DNA from: Spirochaetaceae bacterium
GTDB taxonomy: Bacteria; Spirochaetota; Spirochaetia; DSM-2461
Direction: 5' to 3'
Length of the DNA: 64,000 nt
Assembly: GCA_051531975.1 (NCBI GenBank)
Contig: JAOPTT010000002.1
Span: forward strand, 409,968 to 473,967
A program made the position numbers and the translations under genes. Below the pieces are notes generated by a model. That model saw nothing but the letters and a program-made list of their open reading frames with translations, was not told the DNA's origin and ran no database searches. Of this stretch, positions 50,281 through 58,640 are shown one piece after another. The number at the start of each line of letters is the position of its first letter. The first letter of the stretch is position 1.

Positions 50281-51167
50281 TATTTTACACCCTCCATTCT
50301 TTTAGCGTGGAAAGTATCTAAACTGTCCTGAGCTTCTTTTAATTTATCTGAATCAAGGCCACCATAATGCCATAAATAACTATCTTCCATAAAATTAACA
50401 CCACAACCTTTAATAGTATGTGCAATAATTACAACAGGTTTTTCAGTTGCAACTTTTGCATACTCTATCGCTTCGTTAATCTCTTCTATATTGTTTCCAT
50501 TTATCTCTTTAACATCGAATCCAAAGGCTGCCCATTTATCTGCAAACGGTTCAAGTTTCATAATATCCTCTGTTTTACCGTCCATCATGCATTTGTTTCT
50601 ATCAACAATAGTAATAACATTGGTGGTATTAAAGTTAGAAATTGCCATTGCAGCTTCCCAAATAACACCTTCGTCACACTCTCCGTCCCCTACTAAACAG
50701 TATGTTTTATAATCTTTTTTTAAGTTTCTAGCTGCTAAACCAAGGCCTAAGGATATTGGAAGCCCATGACCTAAAGACCCAGTTGATGCGTCTACTCCAG
50801 GTACTTTCGTAGAGTCTAAATGCATACCTAATTTTGAACCTGTGTGGTTATACTCTTTTAATAGTTCTTTATCAAAATATCCTTTATCTGCTAAAACTGG
50901 TGCATAACCTACACCACAATGTCCTTTACTTAATATAAACCGATCCCGGTCTTCCCATTTAGGATTATTAGGATCAATATTCATATGTTTATGATAAAGT
51001 ACTGTCATAATATCCATTGCACTTAATGAACCACCTACATGACCACTTCCGGCCCATACAATTGTTTTTAAACAGAGGTGTCGTAGTTCGTGTGCTTTCT
51101 CATTAAGTCGTATTAATTCCTGCGCTTTTTCTGTAATTTTAATTTCTTCCTGTTTTTCTAATACCAT
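50280..51167 (-). CDS. Split transketolase, N-terminal (PP) subunit
   Basis: GHVGGSLS, RDRFILSKGH, STGSLGHG, GDGECDEG...N ThDP motif. Confidence 0.93.
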   Translation of the reverse strand: MVLEKQEEIKITEKAQELIRLNEKAHELRHLCLKTIVWAGSGHVGGSLSAMDIMTVLYHKHMNIDPNNPKWEDRDRFILSKGHCGVGYAPVLADKGYFDKELLKEYNHTGSKLGMHLDSTKVPGVDASTGSLGHGLPISLGLGLAARNLKKDYKTYCLVGDGECDEGVIWEAAMAISNFNTTNVITIVDRNKCMMDGKTEDIMKLEPFADKWAAFGFDVKEINGNNIEEINEAIEYAKVATEKPVVIIAHTIKGCGVNFMEDSYLWHYGGLDSDKLKEAQDSLDTFHAKRMEGVK

Positions 51168-51182
51168 TATTTCCTCCTAAAA

Positions 51183-52430
51183 CTATGAATGTCTGGCTTT
51201 TACTACTTTAAATGCCTCGTCGGCTACTTCTATAGTGAATTTAACATCTTCATCTGAAATTGCAGTGTTCATAAATTGGTTATGGTGATTTGTAAAATAA
51301 ACCCCACGTTTAACACACTCTGCTACCCACTCCTGGTGTAACATCAGAGAGTCGTCGTTTGTAATTCTCATGAACCACATTGATGGATGTCCAGATATTT
51401 TTAAGTCGAAGCCGTACTTTTTACCAGCTGCAACCAATCCATCAGTAATTTTTGTACCTGTTTTATACATTAAAGCTGGTGCATCTAGATCCTTTAGTTT
51501 TTTCATAGTTGCAAGACCAGCAGCAAAAGGTACAGCTGACATCCAGTAACTACCTGTGTACATAATTCCAGCAGCAGTATCTTTTAACTCGTCTGTTCCA
51601 CAAAGGGCACTAAAGTTCCACCCGTTACCAAGTGCTTTACAAAAACACATTAAGTCCGCTTTAAAACCAAAGTAGTGGTCAGAACCTTTAAGATCCAGTC
51701 TAAATCCACACCGTACATCATCAATTGCTAATACTATTCCATTATCTGTGCAAAGTTTTCTTACCTGATTCCAGAAGTCCTCTGCTGGCATTTGGTTATC
51801 GTCAAATATTGGGTGGTAATAGGGAGTAGACATTAAACAAGCAATTTCACCTTTGTTATCTTTTATTACTTGTTTTAATTGTTCGATATTATTCCACTCA
51901 ACCATTATATTATTAGTAATATCCTCTTCTATAATCCCTGGGTGTCCTAGTTTTTGTGTCCAAGGTGCAACTCCGTGGTATCCACCTTTAAATAAAATTG
52001 TTTTTTTCCGACCTGTATGAGCCTTAGCTATCATTACTGCAAAACTTGTTACGTCTCCACCGTTTTTAGCAAAAAATGCCCAGTCCGCCATAGCAACTGT
52101 ATCTACTAAAGTTTCAGCCATTTCAACTAATTTAAAAGATGGGGAAGTTGTACAGTTACCTATATCCATCTGAACCTTTACAGCATTGTCTACATCTGGG
52201 TCGTTATACCCTAGAACGTTTGGCCCATAGGCACACATGTAGTCTAAAAATTTATTTCCATCAACATCCCAAAAGTATGCACCCTCTGCACGGCTTGAGA
52301 AAAATGGAAATGCATCTACTGGGATAAAACAACTCTCAGCAGGTCCTAAGTGACCATAAACCCCTGTAGGGATTACCTTTAAAGCTCTATTAAATAGCTC
52401 GCTACTTTTATTATATTTATATGTCTGCAT
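51183..52430 (-). CDS. Class-III aminotransferase, FumI (aminopentol aminotransferase)-like
   Basis: VIPTGVYGH, DYMCAYGPN, ADWAFFAKNG, YHGVAPW, DDVRCGFR, CKALGNG, TGSYWMSAVP, HHNQF. Confidence 0.82.
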   Translation of the reverse strand: MQTYKYNKSSELFNRALKVIPTGVYGHLGPAESCFIPVDAFPFFSSRAEGAYFWDVDGNKFLDYMCAYGPNVLGYNDPDVDNAVKVQMDIGNCTTSPSFKLVEMAETLVDTVAMADWAFFAKNGGDVTSFAVMIAKAHTGRKKTILFKGGYHGVAPWTQKLGHPGIIEEDITNNIMVEWNNIEQLKQVIKDNKGEIACLMSTPYYHPIFDDNQMPAEDFWNQVRKLCTDNGIVLAIDDVRCGFRLDLKGSDHYFGFKADLMCFCKALGNGWNFSALCGTDELKDTAAGIMYTGSYWMSAVPFAAGLATMKKLKDLDAPALMYKTGTKITDGLVAAGKKYGFDLKISGHPSMWFMRITNDDSLMLHQEWVAECVKRGVYFTNHHNQFMNTAISDEDVKFTIEVADEAFKVVKARHS

Positions 52431-52439
52431 TAGTTCCTC

Positions 52440-53192
52440 CTATAGGTATGCTGGCACTTGGCCCAGTATTTTATTCATATTGTCTAACATTGGGAGAAAC
52501 CCCTTAAGTTTTAATGTTTTAGTAGCTACACAGGTATAAGAATCAATATTCCCATTTAACAGGTCACCTGCTGTTTTCATGTCTTCGAAAGTCATAGCTG
52601 CTCTTACATTCTGTGGAATACCTTTTGTTGCTGTTAAAAAACCAGCTTTGGCATTTAGACAGACTGCAGGCCCCTCTTTTATAGTTACCGATATGTTTCC
52701 ATCAGGTATTCGACCACCATTTAATTTACCCATAGGATCAGTATTACCAATTTCAGCTAAAGCAAAAAATGCTGTATAAGCTGTTAGTGTTGTATTTATT
52801 TTTGCATAGTGTTTGTCTTTTAAAAGTTCTGGAGTTGGTTTTAAATAATAACTAAGTTTATCAGTTAAAACTGTGAAGTCTTTTAACAAGAAGTTAAGTT
52901 TTGTAAAACCTTTAACTGGGATTGGATTTGCTTCCCCGTCTACCATCTTATTAAAGTGTTCAGGGGAAGTTAGAATTAACTTAACATTATTAGGATGTTT
53001 ACCTTTCTCAAATGTACATTTCCCATCTTTGAACCTTAAAATACCTTTTGGCCCATTTTTAACAGATATCTGCATTCTAATATTTTTATCTTTTATTAGA
53101 TCCTTCATCTCCAAATCCATTTCACACAAATCTTCAAGATTTCTAAGAACTGCATATAAATTAATATTAGCTAATGTTAATTTATCCTTCAC
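52440..53192 (-). CDS. Tandem SCP2-like putative lipid-binding protein
   Basis: Two SCP2-like halves; GTG start with GGAGG RBS; resembles 48488..49270. Confidence 0.6.
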   Translation of the reverse strand: MKDKLTLANINLYAVLRNLEDLCEMDLEMKDLIKDKNIRMQISVKNGPKGILRFKDGKCTFEKGKHPNNVKLILTSPEHFNKMVDGEANPIPVKGFTKLNFLLKDFTVLTDKLSYYLKPTPELLKDKHYAKINTTLTAYTAFFALAEIGNTDPMGKLNGGRIPDGNISVTIKEGPAVCLNAKAGFLTATKGIPQNVRAAMTFEDMKTAGDLLNGNIDSYTCVATKTLKLKGFLPMLDNMNKILGQVPAYL

Positions 53193-53226
53193 CTTTTTCC
53201 TCCATAATTTACTTTATACATGTAGC

Positions 53227-53280
53227 GAGCATTTGCTCACCTTCAGGAAATAGTTTAACACCTGTTTGCTTATTTGGCAA
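53227..53280 (-). promoter_or_regulatory. Sigma70 promoter and candidate TetR operator of the 45-53 kb operon
   Basis: TTGCCA-N17-TAAACT with extended TG; GAGCA-N2-TGCTC palindrome at 53227-53238. Confidence 0.65.
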
Positions 53281-53368
53281 TTTTTATTTAATACGTGGTA
53301 CGTTAATTAGTAAAGAAATCATTTGTATTGAATAAAGTCATATATTAAACTGTTAAATAGAGGGCTAA

Positions 53369-54121
53369 ATGGAATGGGATGATAAATACTCTATTGGTAT
53401 AAAAGAGATTGACGATCAACACAAACAACTATTCAAGTTTATTAAGAAATATAAAGAGAGAGAGAAATTACTAAAACTGCTACTAAACTATGCCAGATAT
53501 CATTTTCATTCTGAAGAACTATTTATGGAAAAAATTAAATATCCTGAATTGCAGTCTCATAAAGAAAAACATAGTGTTTTAATACATGAACTAGAAAGTA
53601 TCTTATTAAATCCGGAAGATACTATTATATACAACCCAAAGGACTTTCATCCCTTTTTAATTTCATGGATTATAGACCATATAATAGAAGATGATGTTCT
53701 AATTGGAAAATTCTACGATCCTAAAAGTCAAAAACATCAGACCACTCAAGATATCTTAGAATACAACATTAAAAAATTAAAACTACTAAATAAATATGAA
53801 GTATTGCCATTAAATGAAATAGAGATTAAAAGGGATAATTTTATACAAAAGGTATTTGCAAGCAAAAAGATAGATGACTTAAAATCCCTTCTGGAGAACT
53901 TAGAAGTTATTGATAAGATAGCTAACAAAGGTAAACTTTACCCTCATGAAATATTAAGAACAAAAATGCAGATAATAAAAATAATAGACCTTGAAAATAT
54001 AATAGAGACAGAACCAGATATGGAGAAAAAACTAGAAGCTCTTAATATGTTTGAAGATCAGGGTTTAATTACTAAAGAGTATTTTGATAATGTTAAAACT
54101 AGTTTACTAAACTTCATGTAA
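53369..54121 (+). CDS. Bacteriohemerythrin with a C-terminal extension
   Basis: W...YSIG...IDDQH, HFHSEE, HKEKH, WIIDHIIEDD. Confidence 0.88.
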   Translation: MEWDDKYSIGIKEIDDQHKQLFKFIKKYKEREKLLKLLLNYARYHFHSEELFMEKIKYPELQSHKEKHSVLIHELESILLNPEDTIIYNPKDFHPFLISWIIDHIIEDDVLIGKFYDPKSQKHQTTQDILEYNIKKLKLLNKYEVLPLNEIEIKRDNFIQKVFASKKIDDLKSLLENLEVIDKIANKGKLYPHEILRTKMQIIKIIDLENIIETEPDMEKKLEALNMFEDQGLITKEYFDNVKTSLLNFM

Positions 54122-54179
54122 TATCTGTTGTTCTATAATGTGCAATAGTCTAAAATTAGGTTAAATACAGGAGAGACTA

Positions 54180-54506
54180 ATGGATAATGTAACAGATAAA
54201 ACAGGTTTTGATAATAAATTAAAACAGGATAAAATAGTAATAGCAACTTTTATAGTAGATTGGTGCCCGGATTGCCACTTTATAGACCCATTTATAGATA
54301 ATATAATAAAAAAGTTTGAGTCAGACATTTATGCTTTTAGTGTAAATGTTGACCAAGTTCCAGAAGTAAAACAGGAACATAATGTTTCTGGTATTCCTAG
54401 CTTTATTGCATTTAAAGATGGAAAAGAGATCCATAGATTTGTAAGTAGACAGAGGAAAACTGAGCAGGAGATAACTACATTTTTTAGTGAATCTTTAAAT
54501 AAATAA
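54180..54506 (+). CDS. Thioredoxin family protein
   Basis: WCPDC active site, GIPSF cis-Pro loop. Confidence 0.9.
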   Translation: MDNVTDKTGFDNKLKQDKIVIATFIVDWCPDCHFIDPFIDNIIKKFESDIYAFSVNVDQVPEVKQEHNVSGIPSFIAFKDGKEIHRFVSRQRKTEQEITTFFSESLNK

Positions 54507-54547
54507 TAACAATATCCTTTGATAATTAATCTGATGTTAAGTACCGA

Positions 54548-56581
54548 TTAATTATCTAGGATTTTACTTTCTAGGTTTTTAAATTCTGTGATATCTTGCC
54601 CTGCACCATAAACATATAAAGCTATACCTTTTTTATCTCTTAAGATCTCTATTTTAGATGTAATGCATATAATTTTTTTATCAAGCTCTCTAAGATATAA
54701 CCAGGTTGAATTATAGGAAAGATCAGTACTGTTTATAGCTTCATCAAATAATTTAACTAATTTTTTCCCTAACTCTTTATTTGTAGAAATTATATTATCC
54801 TTCCACCTACCAACCTCTATGTAGGTAACATTATTTGCTAGGGATATTCCTAAAAGATCAAACCACTGCTTACTTCCATAAATTCTATCTGGGTATTTAT
54901 CATAATCAATATACCAGGTACCTGATTTAGATAACCTATGTGCCAAATCAGAACTTATTTTCTCTCTTCTTAATAGTTCCTTTCTTTTATATACATCTGA
55001 AACATCTCTAAAATTAAGAATTGCTCCCTGGATATTACCGTTATCATCTAATATAGGTGCTGCGGAATCAGCTATATGATATCGATCTGCATTTTTGCTA
55101 ATTAGTACTGTATGATTCTCCAGAGTCTGTATTTCCCCTGTTTTAAATACAAGAGTAAGAGGATTAGGTTGTTTCTTTCCGGTATTACAATCAATTATGT
55201 TAAATATGTCTTGTATACTTTTCCCATTTGCTTTTTCAATGGTCCAACCGGTTAATTTCTGGGCTACTGGATTCATCCTGGCTACATAACCAAATTTATC
55301 AACTACTATTATACCATCACCAATGGAGTTTAATGTAACTTCTAATTTTTTTTCATTATCTAAAACTCTTTGAAGAAGTAACCCTCTTTCAGCTTCCATA
55401 GATTCTTTTTTTTGTAGAGATTGAACCAAAGAATTAAAATTTTCACTTAATATACCGATCTCATCATTTCTTTTAACATCCAAAAGTTTAATTTTAGATA
55501 CTCCAGAAACCGCTAACATATCAAGGTTCCTACTTATATTAGATATTGGATTAATTGATTGAAATATAATTACGTAAAAAAGAGTTAATAAAACTATTAT
55601 TATTATGATTAAAAAACCTAACAACCGGCTAAGGTACTCTTTAATATGTTCGTCTATAATTTGTATAGGTATAGTAACCCTAAGATACCAAATATTATCA
55701 ATAGATTTAGGTTTCACTGGAATAAAAAAGTCAAAAACATCGCTGTTTAAGTATTCAGAATAATGCTCAATTTCTATTCTTTTACCTTTTTTAAAATCAT
55801 CAAATACCCATGGTTCATAATCTTTAAATGATAACTTTTGACCTTCGTATGCCCCGTCTGGATGGTATACAAATAACTGATTTGAAGCGATAAAACTTAT
55901 AGAGCTACCATCGAATATAGAGATTCTTGACATTGAATCACTTAGAAATTTCCAATTAATCTCAGTCCCTGTATACCCAATAGTTTTATTTTGGATAGTT
56001 ATAGGCACCGAAAAACTAGATAAAAAGATATCTTCTCCATCGTTCATTGTATAAGTATATGGATCTAATAAAATAGGTCCATCATGACTATCAACATCAA
56101 TATACCACTGCTCTTCCAAAAAATTCCCTAAGGATTCCCTAACAAGTCCTTTACCAGTCATATCATGCCACCATGTACTAAAGTTTCCTGTTTTACCGTG
56201 CCATTTTTGTCCTATATACTCTTGGTTTTTATTATCAAAACTATCATCTTTAAAAACTGCCCAAACGCTGTATCTCATAGGGTCTTTTAAAGCAATATTT
56301 TTAATAATTAAATTAACCTGTTCCCGAGTTGGAGTTCCTTCAGAAATAATATAATTAAGTAATAATGCCTGGGAATTTACCTTTTCAAGATATATATCTA
56401 ACATGTGAGCTAATTGTACCGATTCAACTTTTGCTAATAGTTCAATCTCATTTCGGATCTGTTTTAAATATATGTCTGATTCGTTTTTTACGATTATTGG
56501 AATGGAAATAGATAAAATGATTATTATGACAACTGTAAATAACAGTACTAATTTATTTGAGAAAGTTAATATACTTTTCAC
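54548..56581 (-). CDS. TM-dCache-TM-HAMP-PAS-PAS sensor with no output domain
   Basis: EQWY..DPY Cache motif, NDEIGILSENFN HAMP, TLNSIGDGIIVVD PAS; ends at QDITE. Confidence 0.78.
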   Translation of the reverse strand: MKSILTFSNKLVLLFTVVIIIILSISIPIIVKNESDIYLKQIRNEIELLAKVESVQLAHMLDIYLEKVNSQALLLNYIISEGTPTREQVNLIIKNIALKDPMRYSVWAVFKDDSFDNKNQEYIGQKWHGKTGNFSTWWHDMTGKGLVRESLGNFLEEQWYIDVDSHDGPILLDPYTYTMNDGEDIFLSSFSVPITIQNKTIGYTGTEINWKFLSDSMSRISIFDGSSISFIASNQLFVYHPDGAYEGQKLSFKDYEPWVFDDFKKGKRIEIEHYSEYLNSDVFDFFIPVKPKSIDNIWYLRVTIPIQIIDEHIKEYLSRLLGFLIIIIIVLLTLFYVIIFQSINPISNISRNLDMLAVSGVSKIKLLDVKRNDEIGILSENFNSLVQSLQKKESMEAERGLLLQRVLDNEKKLEVTLNSIGDGIIVVDKFGYVARMNPVAQKLTGWTIEKANGKSIQDIFNIIDCNTGKKQPNPLTLVFKTGEIQTLENHTVLISKNADRYHIADSAAPILDDNGNIQGAILNFRDVSDVYKRKELLRREKISSDLAHRLSKSGTWYIDYDKYPDRIYGSKQWFDLLGISLANNVTYIEVGRWKDNIISTNKELGKKLVKLFDEAINSTDLSYNSTWLYLRELDKKIICITSKIEILRDKKGIALYVYGAGQDITEFKNLESKILDN

Positions 56582-56608
56582 ATTATGTTCCTTTTATCCA
56601 TTACTTAA

Positions 56609-56637
56609 ATGATAGGAACTGAGTTGACCTAGGTCAA
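56609..56637 (-). promoter_or_regulatory. Promoter whose -35 lies inside a 14-bp palindrome (FNR/Crp-like)
   Basis: TTGACCTAGGTCAA at 56624-56637; TTGACC-N17-TATCAT. Confidence 0.55.
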
Positions 56638-56679
56638 GGAATTTTAAATATAATTCCCGCCTAGGTATATAGAAAAAAG

Positions 56680-56919
56680 TTAATAGTTTTTACCAGCTGG
56701 TTTAACGTTTGCAGCATTAGATGCTGAACATGGAGTTACTCCATAAACTGCACCACATTCACATTTACCTTCAAATGTTTTCATGATAAAAGATTCACCA
56801 CACTCTGTACACTCTATGATTAGTGGTGCAGGCATATTCTCTCCTGCAAACCCCATCATTCTAATTTTATCAACTACTTGTTGTCCACTACCAAATGAAC
56901 CTGAACATCCGTCATGCAT
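56680..56919 (-). CDS. Small Cys-rich putative metal-binding protein
   Basis: MHDGCSG, CTECG, CECG, TPC; AGGAG RBS. Confidence 0.8.
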   Translation of the reverse strand: MHDGCSGSFGSGQQVVDKIRMMGFAGENMPAPLIIECTECGESFIMKTFEGKCECGAVYGVTPCSASNAANVKPAGKNY

Positions 56920-56939
56920 ATCTTATTACTCCTATAAGT

Positions 56940-57932
56940 TTAGTTTAATTTTTCACCATGCCGTAGGGCATTTCGTAATACTGCTTGTCTATTATCTAAA
57001 ACTTCTAGTTCTGCTAAGATCTCTCTCTCTTTCTCAGAAGTCTCGATTATTTTATCAATTCCACCATTTTTAATAACTATTCTTCTGTTACCTAATAGTG
57101 CTAATGTAGGATCGTGGGTAGCCAGTAGAACAATTTTATCCTCTGATAATAGTAGGTCTAAAGCTCTTTTTCTATCGATACCTGCATTCTCAATTTCATC
57201 AATTAAAATAACAGGAGATTTACTAAGTGTTGCAGTATCAGCGATCATTAAAGCTCTAGATTGCCCACCACTTAAACTAGTAATTGGAGTATTTGGTGCA
57301 AATCTCTCTCCTGCTAAATCGTTGGCATTATGAATAATAGTTTTAACAACATTCTCAACATCTTCTATCATTCGACTCTCTGCATGCATTGTTACAAACT
57401 CTTCTACACTTAAGTCCATAACAAAGTTCATGTTTTGAGATAACTGAGCAACTAACTTATCCGAGATTGAAAATCTCCATTTAGAATCTGGCTGCTCGTT
57501 ATTAACTAAAACTCTTCGATTTGTTGGTGTATCGCACTGGGCAACCCACTCAATATCACCTAATAGTCTACTTTTCCCGGAACCTGTAGGCCCAACTATA
57601 CAAACTATTTCACCTTGTTTTAATTCAAGTTTCTCATACTTCTCTGGTGCTCCAGATTTATCTGTTCCTGGGAATATTGTAATAGATGTAACTTCATCTG
57701 ACCCATCTGATAAAAATTCTGCCATCTGCTCAATAAAAGATTCAAGGTTCTCTTCTAACTGATTTATGTTAATAGCTAGTTCTTCCTGTTCGTCTTTATC
57801 TAAAAGATTAATAATCTCTCTTAATGTTTTATCTTCATTACCTTTAAACTGGATATCGTTATCATCTAAAAATGATGATAAAAAAGGGTAAGCCGTTAAT
57901 AACTGGCTTATAGTTTTTTTATTTGGGCTCAC
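56940..57932 (-). CDS. ABC-type ATPase with an N-terminal DUF1858/ScdA_N-like extension
   Basis: GPTGSGKS, LSGGQ, ILIDEIEN, ATHD. Confidence 0.85.
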   Translation of the reverse strand: MSPNKKTISQLLTAYPFLSSFLDDNDIQFKGNEDKTLREIINLLDKDEQEELAININQLEENLESFIEQMAEFLSDGSDEVTSITIFPGTDKSGAPEKYEKLELKQGEIVCIVGPTGSGKSRLLGDIEWVAQCDTPTNRRVLVNNEQPDSKWRFSISDKLVAQLSQNMNFVMDLSVEEFVTMHAESRMIEDVENVVKTIIHNANDLAGERFAPNTPITSLSGGQSRALMIADTATLSKSPVILIDEIENAGIDRKRALDLLLSEDKIVLLATHDPTLALLGNRRIVIKNGGIDKIIETSEKEREILAELEVLDNRQAVLRNALRHGEKLN

Positions 57933-58635
57933 TGTTTTCCCCTTTCTCTAAATCTATTTTTCTAACGTTACCCATCTGATAACTTTCACCTATTCTAGTT
58001 TCACCTAAACAGTATGAACATAGAGCAGAAGGCATACTAAATCGTAGTTTTTTACCTTTAAGGCTTACAACTTCTTCCATATCATCTGCTGTTAACAGAG
58101 TACTTAACTCAAAACATCCCTGTCCTGTTAATCCGTTAACATTTAATATAATAGCTTTAGGGTTTACAGCCTGAACACGAGACGCAAATACTTCTCTCTC
58201 AGCCTGGGATACAATGTCCCCTTTAGTAATTACAATAATATCCGCAGTTTTTAACATTGGACCAATTTTTTTAGGTGTATTAATTCCACTTAAATTATCA
58301 ATGACACAGATAGCTTTAATGTCCTTAATATATGGTGAACATCTGTTACAAAGTCCAGCTGACTCACTTATTAGTAGGTCAAAATTGTTTTCTATACCCC
58401 AATCGGCAACTGCTTCAATGTTTGAAACAAAGTAGTGGTCTGGACAGAGACTACCTGATAATCCTTTCTTAACTGGAACTCCAGCTTTTCTATAAAGTAC
58501 ATCGTCGTCTGTATATAGACAGTCAAACTTTACAACTGCTGGGGTAATATCTCTTTTTCTAACAGCATCAATAGTTTTTAATATTACCGATGTTTTACCT
58601 GATGATGGTGGTCCTGAAAATGTAACTAGATTCAT
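57919..58635 (-). CDS. G3E-family GTPase (HypB/UreG/CobW-like)
   Basis: GPPSSGKT, LCPDH, ESAGLCNRC, TKGD, CSYC. Confidence 0.85.
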   Translation of the reverse strand: MNLVTFSGPPSSGKTSVILKTIDAVRKRDITPAVVKFDCLYTDDDVLYRKAGVPVKKGLSGSLCPDHYFVSNIEAVADWGIENNFDLLISESAGLCNRCSPYIKDIKAICVIDNLSGINTPKKIGPMLKTADIIVITKGDIVSQAEREVFASRVQAVNPKAIILNVNGLTGQGCFELSTLLTADDMEEVVSLKGKKLRFSMPSALCSYCLGETRIGESYQMGNVRKIDLEKGENSEPK

Positions 58636-58640
58636 ATCTA

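Noticed and set aside
51183..52430. hemL (glutamate-1-semialdehyde aminomutase) call
   Set aside because: Lacks HemL signature motifs, has no hem genes nearby, and its motifs fit FumI-like enzymes.
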